Virus genome (UHGV): UHGV-0134778
Length of the DNA: 64,000 nt
Source: a virus
Reading direction: 5' to 3' (one strand)
Part shown: positions 31,465 to 40,400 of the stretch, piece after piece
Position numbering within the stretch: the first letter of the stretch is position 1
Layout: every line of letters begins with the position of its first letter
The notes under the pieces: generated by a model
Database searches by the model: none
Seen by the model: the letters and a program-made list of their open reading frames with translations, nothing else
Told to the model about the DNA's origin: nothing
Position numbers and translations under genes: made by a program

Positions 31465-31470
31465 GCTTTC

Positions 31471-31514
31471 CTCATAATAAAAAGGGCCAGATCCCAGAAA
31501 AGGAATCCGGCCCT
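31471..31514 (-). terminator. hairpin terminator / attenuator upstream of tape measure gene
   Basis: Long GC stem followed by UUUUUAUUAU on minus RNA, between the chaperone extension ORF and the tape measure start. Confidence 0.4.
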
Positions 31515-31518
31515 TAGA

Positions 31519-31767
31519 TTATCCTCTCCTGCGCTTAGCTTTCGCAGCAGCTGCGGCAGCCTTCTGCTCCCGCTCCATTTCCCTGTTTTGGACGGTATCT
31601 AGGAATTCTTCGATATCAAGATACTCACAGAGTTTCAGGAAATACGCCATATCTGCAAGATTTAGCGATTCAAAATTTTCCCCTTTGAAATTCTTGAGCA
31701 CCCTGCACCAAAGAAAGTCGAACCAGTTAAGTGAACTGTTCTTGGCTGCCCACTCACTGGCCCTCAC
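31519..31767 (-). CDS. tail assembly chaperone frameshift extension (GT-like)
   Basis: 82-aa ORF in the -1 frame relative to 31779..32252; its frame is open across the upstream gene's stop. Confidence 0.35.
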   Translation of the reverse strand: MRASEWAAKNSSLNWFDFLWCRVLKNFKGENFESLNLADMAYFLKLCEYLDIEEFLDTVQNREMEREQKAAAAAAKAKRRRG

Positions 31768-31778
31768 AACAACCTTGC

Positions 31779-32252
31779 TTATTCCTGCTCTTCCGGAGCC
31801 TGATCCAGATTGTTCACCTGCTGGATCATACCCATCTGCTGTAACATCTCCAGAAGGCTTCCTAAACCGTCTTGTGTGAAAAAACAGCCGTAGTTAACCT
31901 CCAGAACCTTACCTGCCAGCTTAATCATCTCCAGCAGATGCCCTGCAAACACAACATCAGGGTTAAGCTTATCCACACCATCCACGGTAATATCTTCGAA
32001 CAAGATTTTAAATAACTCTTCAATAGAGTTATCATCAAGTTCTTGAAACAGGTAAGCCAGGGCTGTAGGAAGGACCTCTGCCATATTCTGACCACCTGAG
32101 AGAATAGATCCGCCGACAGCTCCTAGCGGGACAGCTACAATCTTACCGATTTTAGGCATGTTTTTCATTGCTTTCATCGGTCCCCAGTGGGTGATCACAA
32201 AGTTGTGCCCTGCTAAATCAATCTCTGTTGTAGGTCTAAAGTTTATAGCCAT
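31779..32252 (-). CDS. tail assembly chaperone (G-like)
   Basis: 157-aa acidic protein between tube and tape measure genes. Confidence 0.45.
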   Translation of the reverse strand: MAINFRPTTEIDLAGHNFVITHWGPMKAMKNMPKIGKIVAVPLGAVGGSILSGGQNMAEVLPTALAYLFQELDDNSIEELFKILFEDITVDGVDKLNPDVVFAGHLLEMIKLAGKVLEVNYGCFFTQDGLGSLLEMLQQMGMIQQVNNLDQAPEEQE

Positions 32253-32295
32253 TTTATAGCATCCTTATTAGTCATGTTGTGCACCATATTTGTGT

Positions 32296-32324
32296 ATTTT
32301 ACCATGATTATGGTGCATTGTCAA
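32296..32324 (-). promoter_or_regulatory. sigma70-like promoter TTGACA-N17-TAAAAT
   Basis: Perfect -35 and near-consensus -10 on minus strand upstream of chaperone gene; flanked by inverted repeat GCACCAT...ATGGTGC. Confidence 0.5.
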
Positions 32325-32361
32325 TTTAACCTTTCAAGCAATCCAAAAGAGTTTGTCAAAA

Positions 32362-32397
32362 CCATAAAAGCAAAAAGCCCCACCCGAAGGTGAGGCT
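32362..32397 (-). terminator. rho-independent terminator
   Basis: CCUCACC-UUCG-GGUGGGG hairpin followed by CUUUUUGCUUUUAU after tube gene. Confidence 0.55.
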
Positions 32398-32414
32398 TAT
32401 ACTAAAGTGTGCCC

Positions 32415-32888
32415 TTAGATAATACCTGCAAGACCTGCGAGGCCAGTGAGAGCACCAGTGATGTTGTCACGGTTGAGCCATGCATCCAGAATACCGATAT
32501 CCCAGTCCAGCTGACCTACTTCGGTTCCGTAAGTGAGGTCAGGCTGTTTTTGGATCCAACCGATTGTAGCAATACCAGGACCCTGGCTACCTTCCAGTAG
32601 AACCGGGAAGAATACCAGACCAGTAATAGATGCCTGTTTCTGCCAGTCAGAAAGGTAGGCGTTCCATACAGAAGTGTTCTGCAAAGACACAGTCATAACA
32701 CCAGATTGGTTACGAGACAGGGCTGCAGACATTTCGCCATCCACACCAACGTGAGGGTAGATGTTGTCTTCGTTTCTTGAAACAACGATCTTGGTGTCAG
32801 CAGCGAAGCCAGTGACACGCTGCTGCATCAGGTACAGTTTGACCTTTTTAGGGTCATAAGCATAAGGAGTTAAAATTTGAGTTTCCAT
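32415..32888 (-). CDS. tail tube protein
   Basis: 157 aa immediately downstream of sheath gene and upstream of chaperone; myovirus synteny. Confidence 0.55.
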   Translation of the reverse strand: METQILTPYAYDPKKVKLYLMQQRVTGFAADTKIVVSRNEDNIYPHVGVDGEMSAALSRNQSGVMTVSLQNTSVWNAYLSDWQKQASITGLVFFPVLLEGSQGPGIATIGWIQKQPDLTYGTEVGQLDWDIGILDAWLNRDNITGALTGLAGLAGII

Positions 32889-32898
32889 CTAGTCTTCC

Positions 32899-34275
32899 TT
32901 ATTCAGTCATTGCAACAGCATTGGTGGATTTAGAACCAACTTTGTCCAGAAGGACGTTGATCCGGATACGAACGAAGTGCAGGGCGTTGTTATACACCAG
33001 TTCTACTTTCACACCTTCCAGAACACGAGCAGCCAACTGATTGGTTGGGATCTCTGCACGTTTAGGAACTGTGATGATCGGGTCGTAGAACACATTGTTG
33101 TCTTCGTCAAAACCTGTCAGGATCGCGCCATTCTTAATGCCAGTATTGATCGGGTTGTTCATCAGAACAGATTTGATAACCGGAAGATCATCATCAGACA
33201 TCTTCATGCTTAAACCCATGTTGGAGCGGCGATGCATGTACCCAAACATGGATTCTTCAGATCTGAACTTGATCCAGTGTGCAAAACGAATAGCGTCTGC
33301 ATACTGACCTGAAGCACACTTACCTTCCCAGAAAGCGCCAACACCGTTAATCATTCTGTAGAAGTTAACGTGGTTTTCCCAAATCGCCATACGCTGAGTT
33401 AAAGTCAGAGATGGTGCAATCACACCCGGCATCTGTTTTAAGTGCAAGCTGTCACCGTAGGACGGATCGTTGGATGCCATAGCACCTATGATACCACCCT
33501 CCGGGAAGTCCTTATCTGCACGAGGATCGTACATGCCAACACTGTCATATTGTGCAGCTTTCAGTTTGGTAGCGATGTTACTATCTTTGCCAGTCACATC
33601 TTCTGCAGTAGAGTAGACATGGAGCTTGTAGTTAGCCTGAGCCCACTTAGCACATGCTTCAATGTCGGTGTGGTCTTCATGGCACAGGAAGTACCAATTG
33701 TCACGCTCAGCATTGATCTTATCAACTACTGTAGAAGGTTTTTCAGTATTGGCGATATTTTTGATTGTATAGTTACCAGTATGATAACCAACAGTACAGT
33801 CACCAGTGATGGTGATAACACCTTCAGAAGCCTCCACAGTGATATCTTCCAAGTTATCATCTGCTTCGATTTTAGTCTTCATTGATTCTGCAATCTGAGT
33901 TGCAGCTGTTCCACCAGAGATAGGAACTATCAAAGAGGTATTGTAGCCACCTTTTGCAATAGTCATTACGACATCGGTATCGGCTGCGGCAGCAATACCC
34001 TTAAAGTCTACAGTGGTTTTTTCTTTGGCCTGTCTGCCGATCATAACATATTGTGGAGGGAATACACCACCAAAAGCTTTTGCTGCAAACTCATACGCTG
34101 CAGAGCCTTGTGCGAAACCATCTTCCACCATCTGATCCAGCTCCGCATATACGCGAGCTCGCTCAGTAAAGTTGTTGTGGATAGCGATGAACAGGGGAGT
34201 TTCGAAACCTACAGTGTCAATAGGTTGGGTTCCGAGGTTAACTGTAACATCTACCACTTTATCTAAATATGGCAT
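32899..34275 (-). CDS. tail sheath protein
   Basis: 458 aa directly upstream of the tube gene; synteny-based call. Confidence 0.55.
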   Translation of the reverse strand: MPYLDKVVDVTVNLGTQPIDTVGFETPLFIAIHNNFTERARVYAELDQMVEDGFAQGSAAYEFAAKAFGGVFPPQYVMIGRQAKEKTTVDFKGIAAAADTDVVMTIAKGGYNTSLIVPISGGTAATQIAESMKTKIEADDNLEDITVEASEGVITITGDCTVGYHTGNYTIKNIANTEKPSTVVDKINAERDNWYFLCHEDHTDIEACAKWAQANYKLHVYSTAEDVTGKDSNIATKLKAAQYDSVGMYDPRADKDFPEGGIIGAMASNDPSYGDSLHLKQMPGVIAPSLTLTQRMAIWENHVNFYRMINGVGAFWEGKCASGQYADAIRFAHWIKFRSEESMFGYMHRRSNMGLSMKMSDDDLPVIKSVLMNNPINTGIKNGAILTGFDEDNNVFYDPIITVPKRAEIPTNQLAARVLEGVKVELVYNNALHFVRIRINVLLDKVGSKSTNAVAMTE

Positions 34276-34347
34276 TTGTTTCCTCTTAATATCTGTGCAC
34301 GGATATCAAACACGCAGTGTAATCATTACACTACACAATTATAACGA

Positions 34348-34899
34348 TTACTGACCACTGTCTGTAACCGCTTTACCAGAATTGGGTGAAGGGAAATGTG
34401 TGGTTATTTCAGCCTTAATTCCCTGAAGATCCTCAAAAGCCCCAATGTCTGTCTCAACAAACCTTACGTTAAATGTCAGCATTACGGTAGCTCTATTTTC
34501 ATACGTCTGCTTATTCAACGGCACCCTTTGAGGTGAAATTGTTGAATTGTTAGAGTAGGCAAAGCACGATCCCAGAGGGAAATACTTGTCATAAAACATT
34601 GGAAGGTTTATTGCTTGCAATACTCTGCTAAGTGCAGCATATGCCCTGCCGCGATAAGCTGTTAACAGATAAGTAACAGTATAACTGTGGGTGACGTAAG
34701 CATTACCCTCCGCATCTTGAAACTCATTATCTTCCCAAGTGGTGGGATTGATCGCCAGGGTTTGCAAAAGTACAAACTCACCTTCCGGCTTCGGTATGGT
34801 AGAGCTTTCTGCCAGAACTACAGTTCTTCCTGTGGCAACCATGACAAGCTTAGCGATGGTTGTTTCAAGATCAGAAAAAACTTTTTCGAAAGCTTCCAT
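34348..34899 (-). CDS. tail completion / terminator-like protein
   Basis: 183-aa ORF between head-tail joining genes and sheath. Confidence 0.3.
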   Translation of the reverse strand: MEAFEKVFSDLETTIAKLVMVATGRTVVLAESSTIPKPEGEFVLLQTLAINPTTWEDNEFQDAEGNAYVTHSYTVTYLLTAYRGRAYAALSRVLQAINLPMFYDKYFPLGSCFAYSNNSTISPQRVPLNKQTYENRATVMLTFNVRFVETDIGAFEDLQGIKAEITTHFPSPNSGKAVTDSGQ

Positions 34900-35324
34900 C
34901 AGTTTTCTCCTTCAGGCTCTTCTACCACAAAAAATCTATATCTTCCACCACCAGATGTGACATATGCATCGCATTTTAAAACGGTAAACCATTTCAAGTC
35001 ACCACGGATGTCAGGTAGTTGAATTTGATCAGCCATTGCATATGTTCCTTCATCTGGACTATACAACTTGGTTGATGAGTAAACTGTAAAAGCCTCGTAC
35101 TGTCTGTCACCCTCAGGATTTATCTGGGAGGAGTAATCTTTAGCTGCTCTTCCTGTCAACGGCTGCACAACACACTCTAAGACATCAAACTCTTCATACT
35201 CAAGTTCTAACCCCTCGTTAGCAAAAGGACTGCCAACTGTTTTGTTATACACTCTGTGGCGACCTTTGAATGTTTTACGAGGTATTAGCCTGTTCTTTCC
35301 TATCAGCTTATAACCTGCTGCCAC
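34899..35324 (-). CDS. head-tail joining protein
   Basis: 141-aa ORF, coupled start/stop. Confidence 0.3.
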   Translation of the reverse strand: MAAGYKLIGKNRLIPRKTFKGRHRVYNKTVGSPFANEGLELEYEEFDVLECVVQPLTGRAAKDYSSQINPEGDRQYEAFTVYSSTKLYSPDEGTYAMADQIQLPDIRGDLKWFTVLKCDAYVTSGGGRYRFFVVEEPEGEN

Positions 35325-35343
35325 TCAACCACCCCCTTATTTT

Positions 35344-35814
35344 TTACTGTCCAATTTTAAAGGTTGCAGATTCAAGCAGCACATCGTAATGCCGCATAGC
35401 CTCGTTGAAGCCCTTCTCTTGTGCCCACTGCTCACTAACAGTAGGGTTACTAAACTGACCAGCCTCAATAACAAACTGGATAGCTTTGGCCCCTGTGTCC
35501 CCCATCTGCCTAAGAACAGCCTCTGCACTTGATCCTCTAGCCATAGCTCTCAACAATTTTTCTGTCAAGGTCTGTAGTTGCGTGCTGTGAAATGCAAAGG
35601 CCGTCTCCATGAAATTGCGAACAGGCAGCCCGTTCCAACCGAAGTTGTGAATAGCTGCCAATGTTGCCATATTTAAGCCTGACGGGTGAGGTTCATCATA
35701 AAAGCCGTAGGTTATTGTTTTGCTTTCAAGTTTCACAAGGTCTTTATAAAAGCGATCTAAACGCTTTAGGTTGAACCTTGTTTGACATTTAACCTTTAGC
35801 ATTATATTCCTCAC
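35344..35814 (-). CDS. head completion / neck protein
   Basis: 156-aa ORF in head-tail connector block. Confidence 0.3.
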   Translation of the reverse strand: MRNIMLKVKCQTRFNLKRLDRFYKDLVKLESKTITYGFYDEPHPSGLNMATLAAIHNFGWNGLPVRNFMETAFAFHSTQLQTLTEKLLRAMARGSSAEAVLRQMGDTGAKAIQFVIEAGQFSNPTVSEQWAQEKGFNEAMRHYDVLLESATFKIGQ

Positions 35815-35855
35815 TAATGTATTTTACCACAAAGATACATCAAAAGCAACAATTT

Positions 35856-36533
35856 TTAAAAACTGCGTTTGCGTCTTGGGTGGCGAGGAGGTTGATTATT
35901 TAGACCACTAATAGGTGTAATCCCCTGAACATCGAACGGGCCGTTACTGTTTTCATTAAATTTAACCCGAATTCCTTCGTCTACACGAACACCGCCAATG
36001 ATAATCATTCTGCTATAAGCATCTAGCTCAGAGTCTACATAATCTGGGTGTGCCAGCAGCCAATCAAGAAAATCTTTCCACTGAGCGTAGGAAGATCCAC
36101 CACGAATCTCTATGGTCTCATCACCTATTTTTTCCAGACGAGAAGTTATACTTGCATTACCGCTGGAAACTTCCTGCATCATCAGCCACCGCACAAGCTG
36201 CACAAGCACATTGTACTTAAGCAGGGGTAGCTTATCAGGGTCTGCCGGATAATTTAGTTTCAGCTTCTCCATGTCAAGGAATGTTTTAATTACCTCATCA
36301 GGGAGTGTTTCCTCATCAACATTGCCAAGCAATAACCTCATAATATCGATAAGAGGTTGGTCTGGATCAGGTTCCGGAGGCACAGGATCTTCTTTTGGTG
36401 GTTCTTCTGGGGTATCGACTACACCATCATGGTTAGGCGGTGACGGGATAATCTCTTCATCTTCATACCATGCCATTTGAAAATACCTCGTAAAAATAAA
36501 GCCCCATTCCTGATTTGGAAGGGGCCTTAACAA
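35856..36533 (-). CDS. structural protein with Pro/Glu-rich N-terminal linker
   Basis: 225-aa ORF; true start may be internal Met. Confidence 0.3.
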   Translation of the reverse strand: MLRPLPNQEWGFIFTRYFQMAWYEDEEIIPSPPNHDGVVDTPEEPPKEDPVPPEPDPDQPLIDIMRLLLGNVDEETLPDEVIKTFLDMEKLKLNYPADPDKLPLLKYNVLVQLVRWLMMQEVSSGNASITSRLEKIGDETIEIRGGSSYAQWKDFLDWLLAHPDYVDSELDAYSRMIIIGGVRVDEGIRVKFNENSNGPFDVQGITPISGLNNQPPRHPRRKRSF

Positions 36534-36535
36534 AA

Positions 36536-37390
36536 TTATGCCAGTGCAGCCTCAAAATCTTTCATCATATTTTGGAAAGTTTTTGCCTTACTTAAGGTAA
36601 CACCGTGCTCTTTAGCGAAGGTTTGGAGTGCATCTTTCGAACCACTCTTGTCATCTTCGTTGTTAAGAGCTGCGGCTTGCTGCAGTATGGCATCAACATC
36701 GCCGTGAGAAGATCTTGATTCTTGTGCCTGTTCAGGATCCTGCTCAGTACCTTCCGTACCCTCCGGTGCGGTCGGACCTGGTGATTCCTCACTGCCACCA
36801 CCAGGTTCAGTAGGGCCTACAGGTGGCTCCGGCTCTGGTTCAGGTTCTGGGGCTACTGTAGAAGTCAGCCCAAGATTTACAACCTGAGAACGTTTCTTAG
36901 GCCACTCAATGGTGAAAGTCTGGGTATCTTCTGCATAAGCAACATCGCATTGCTCATCGTTTATGGTCACTTTTTTAGGCATCCCTTCAGGGTCCCACAG
37001 ATGGCCCTCTGCCACTGAAACTTTGAAAGCGGCATCTACCTCTTTAAACACTGACGGGGTGAGTGTGATATTGACATCACCGCTTTGCAGTGTTAAAGTG
37101 CTTTCATCAAGGTTCTCTGTGAAGAACAGAAGAATAACACCCATACGGATAGTTGAAATACCAGTATCAATTGGCAGACCTGTGTGTTTTGCAATCTTCT
37201 CGAAGAAGTCTACAATCGTTCTGCATGGATAGTGAACACTGCCAATAACGAACTCTGTTGGTGGCAGCAGGGCTGATAAACCAACATTGATTTCTGGATT
37301 GTATTGTGCTAAAAATTGATAAAAACTTAACTGATTGTTGAAAACTCTTAATAGAGGATCATACTCGACTGGATATACGGCTCTCTTCAC
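36536..37390 (-). CDS. structural protein with PEPEPEPEP linker
   Basis: 284 aa; GTG start with AGGAG RBS; acidic Pro-rich hinge. Confidence 0.3.
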   Translation of the reverse strand: MKRAVYPVEYDPLLRVFNNQLSFYQFLAQYNPEINVGLSALLPPTEFVIGSVHYPCRTIVDFFEKIAKHTGLPIDTGISTIRMGVILLFFTENLDESTLTLQSGDVNITLTPSVFKEVDAAFKVSVAEGHLWDPEGMPKKVTINDEQCDVAYAEDTQTFTIEWPKKRSQVVNLGLTSTVAPEPEPEPEPPVGPTEPGGGSEESPGPTAPEGTEGTEQDPEQAQESRSSHGDVDAILQQAAALNNEDDKSGSKDALQTFAKEHGVTLSKAKTFQNMMKDFEAALA

Positions 37391-37410
37391 GGGACACTCC
37401 TGTTAAACCC

Positions 37411-37447
37411 TAATAAATAAAAAGGGGAGGGGGAGAACCCCCTCCCC
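37411..37447 (-). terminator. strong rho-independent terminator
   Basis: GGGGAGGGGG-UUCU-CCCCCUCCCC hairpin plus UUUUUAUUUAUU downstream of capsid gene. Confidence 0.65.
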
Positions 37448-37471
37448 ATATGGGATGAATCACCTTAGTGA

Positions 37472-38479
37472 TTAGTCACCTTTCAGAGTTGCTTTAACAA
37501 CCAGCTCTGGGCGGGTGTTAACTGCCAGCATTGAAGTTTCAGATTCAATCTTCTCTTCACGCAGGTATGCAGAGTGTTTATACCACATGTACAGTTCCTG
37601 TGCAGGGGTATTTGCTTCGTTAACATCATCTGCCGGAGCAAAGTGCAGCTGGAACATCTGATCAATACCCATCGGCAGGATGCGAGCCTCTTTCTTAGGA
37701 ATATTGCCAGAGATATCTTCGATAAAGGTGATACCTTTATGTTCAAACACACGGTATACGCTGTCTTGACCGCCAGCACCCAGACGGCGACGCAGAGGTT
37801 CCTGAGCAGAGCCGTAATAGGTGTATGCCAGTTCTACCAGTGGGTGATGGGTAATAGCACTGAAGAACTCCGGTGAGCACAGAGCTACAATACGATAGCC
37901 AGCTGCGTTATCACCAGCTTGCAGTGCGATGTGCAGACGAGCTTCTTCCAGAACCTCCATAGGATCCTGATCTGCTTTTGCAGGGTCGATCTCAACAGAC
38001 TTCTGAGACACACCCCACAGAGTGTAGTAGTCATACTGACAGGTTGTGTCACCCGGTGCATAGGATTTACCCAGAATAGCCTGGAACAGCGCTTTCTCAC
38101 GCAGTGCTTCATGAGAAACACGGATACGGCGAACAACGCGGGTTACTACGTCCTGAACAGTTTTCGGAGCGTCAGGGGTGAAGTAACGACGGAAGTTCTG
38201 AACATCTGCGGCAGTGATGCCTTTGTCCAGAGGGAAGAACGGGATGTTCAGGTTTTTAACCTGGGCACGTTCACTACCAACGTAGTTACGCTCACCACCA
38301 CGACGGCGTGCCGGAATGTCGGTTACAACTTCATCAACACGCTCGATCTGAGCAATTGTTGAGGTGCCGAGACGGGTTTCGAACAGATCCATACCAGTGA
38401 TCAGTCGGAATTGGCGCGGAACAAGGTCCAGAGTAGCACCTAAATCAACAATGCCAAATTCATCTTTACGAGTAATCAT
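37472..38479 (-). CDS. major capsid protein
   Basis: 335 aa; position after scaffold and decoration-like genes; followed by strong terminator. Confidence 0.6.
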   Translation of the reverse strand: MITRKDEFGIVDLGATLDLVPRQFRLITGMDLFETRLGTSTIAQIERVDEVVTDIPARRRGGERNYVGSERAQVKNLNIPFFPLDKGITAADVQNFRRYFTPDAPKTVQDVVTRVVRRIRVSHEALREKALFQAILGKSYAPGDTTCQYDYYTLWGVSQKSVEIDPAKADQDPMEVLEEARLHIALQAGDNAAGYRIVALCSPEFFSAITHHPLVELAYTYYGSAQEPLRRRLGAGGQDSVYRVFEHKGITFIEDISGNIPKKEARILPMGIDQMFQLHFAPADDVNEANTPAQELYMWYKHSAYLREEKIESETSMLAVNTRPELVVKATLKGD

Positions 38480-38529
38480 TTATTTCTCCAAAGTAAAACT
38501 TAAATATTTCCCGAACAATTTAGGGCTTA

Positions 38530-38916
38530 TTATTCACCAATAGTCTGGACGTGAACTTTGTTACCTAAAGCTTCCAACTTATCCAGAATTCTTTGGTCTG
38601 CTTTAGCTCCGTCTGCACCTAACAGCATATCTTTTGCAAAGGTAACACCGTGGACGGCAACAACCAGGTTATAGGACTGTCCCACTTCTAATGGTTTTGC
38701 AAGATGAACCGTACCAGCATCTTTGACAAGAGCACGGTCAACAAGAACGCCGTACACATCAGAACCGTCTGCGTTAGCGATAGTCCCAGTTTTTGTTACA
38801 ACAGTACCAGCGTGGTGATGCTCTGTCAGTGTTACCTTGATCTCTTTAAAATTGTAGCCCGCATCGCTAGAATCAACTTTGCCGAGCACGATATCAGAAT
38901 ATTGAGCGGTAATCAT
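38530..38916 (-). CDS. head decoration-like protein
   Basis: 128 aa between scaffold and capsid genes (lambda Nu3-D-E order); Gly/Val-rich. Confidence 0.4.
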   Translation of the reverse strand: MITAQYSDIVLGKVDSSDAGYNFKEIKVTLTEHHHAGTVVTKTGTIANADGSDVYGVLVDRALVKDAGTVHLAKPLEVGQSYNLVVAVHGVTFAKDMLLGADGAKADQRILDKLEALGNKVHVQTIGE

Positions 38917-38936
38917 TTATTTCCCCCGTTAATGTC

Positions 38937-39914
38937 TTATTTGTTAGATTCTGCACGTGCACGAGCAAGTGCTTTTGCAACGTTTTCAGCAAGAATTTCT
39001 TCTGCGGATTTTGCAATATCATCCACAACAGGTTCGCCATCATTACCATGTTCAGTGGTGGCAAACTCTTCTTTGGTTTTATGCACCTCTGCTTCCAGCT
39101 CTTCAATTTTGGCTTGAGCTTTCTCCAGCATAGCTACAATAGGTTCGTTAGCTTTTTCCAGCATGAAGTCAACCAGGGTTGCATGATCTTCTTCACCAAC
39201 AAAGCTTAAAGCTTGAGCTTTAGCCAGCATTTTAGCTTTTTCAACTTCAACCTGGGCCTTGATGATTTCTTCAGCTTTACTCTGGGTTGCTTTCAGCTCT
39301 TCTACTTGCTTCAGCAGATCCAGATACTCTTTAGTTTTGGTTACGTCCACCGGATTCTCCTCGGTATTTGCGGATTTTGCAACATCATCCACCTCGGTAG
39401 TTTTATCCACCTCAGTAGGTTCCTGTACCGCCTTGATCAGGTTCCCTTCTTTATCGAAGAGATCAGCGGTTACTTGTTCAAAAATCTGTTGTGTTTTTAA
39501 CAGACTGTACTGATCTACCACACTAAGCTGCTTGCCTTCTTTTGCAGCTTTATGAATGGTCACGTTATCACAACGCTCTTCCAGCCATGCAATGCAAGAC
39601 TCTGCGTCAGCTTGTGCCCATTCCCAATCAGGATGCTCTTTAGCCCAAGCTTCCTCTTCAATCTCAAAACCAAGCATGTGTGCAAGTGCTTTGGCATCAT
39701 CATACCACATATCGAAGAAACGACGCAGGTATTCTTCAAAACTCAGCTCCACAGTAACTTGGCGAAGTGCCTTAACAATATCGTCTGTTAACTGCTCAGG
39801 CTGAAGATCACTCTTCATCAAAAGAGATACAGGTCTGTTGTTAGCGCTATAGCCTTGCGCCTTATGGCACAGGGCAATCCCCTTCTCTTTAATAGTAATC
39901 GTTTTTTCAGACAT
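38937..39914 (-). CDS. scaffolding protein
   Basis: 325 aa, highly charged predicted coiled coil, between protease-like gene and capsid. Confidence 0.5.
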   Translation of the reverse strand: MSEKTITIKEKGIALCHKAQGYSANNRPVSLLMKSDLQPEQLTDDIVKALRQVTVELSFEEYLRRFFDMWYDDAKALAHMLGFEIEEEAWAKEHPDWEWAQADAESCIAWLEERCDNVTIHKAAKEGKQLSVVDQYSLLKTQQIFEQVTADLFDKEGNLIKAVQEPTEVDKTTEVDDVAKSANTEENPVDVTKTKEYLDLLKQVEELKATQSKAEEIIKAQVEVEKAKMLAKAQALSFVGEEDHATLVDFMLEKANEPIVAMLEKAQAKIEELEAEVHKTKEEFATTEHGNDGEPVVDDIAKSAEEILAENVAKALARARAESNK

Positions 39915-40333
39915 TATTCATTGCCCTCTTCTACAACACTGATCCCGAAGTTTACGTTGGTAATTTCACCAGTTTCTTCATCAACATTACCTGTTGCCTG
40001 AATGCTTAGGCCACCAACAATGCCAGCCTTCTTAGCTTCCCATAATTCAGGATTATTGTATTTAACTTTAGCAACCCAAGAGCCAGCCTTGATGACCTGC
40101 TCAGTGCCAATTACTACAACATCAAACTCTTCTTGAATCCACGTCTTTTCAATGGTGAAAGCATCTGTGGAGGTCAAGTGGAAAAGGTTTTCAGAAACTA
40201 GGCCTGCGGCGTATGCTGCGTCCCAATTATCTTTAGCCTTTTTGATGGTGTCTTTACTCATCCACTCACCGTGAGCATCTTTAGTGTCAGGTTCGTAGAT
40301 GATTTCGTAGGAAATCATTTCTTCCTGTGGCAT
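39914..40333 (-). CDS. prohead protease-like / head maturation protein
   Basis: ORF track gives 39914..40489, but the N-terminus overlaps the portal gene; RBS GGGGAA precedes the internal MPQEEM start. Confidence 0.25.
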   Translation of the reverse strand: MPQEEMISYEIIYEPDTKDAHGEWMSKDTIKKAKDNWDAAYAAGLVSENLFHLTSTDAFTIEKTWIQEEFDVVVIGTEQVIKAGSWVAKVKYNNPELWEAKKAGIVGGLSIQATGNVDEETGEITNVNFGISVVEEGNE

Positions 40334-40400
40334 CTTATTCCCCATGTGGATTATTTTATCACGCCAAAGGAGGTTTTGCAACCCCCTGTGTTGATAATTT

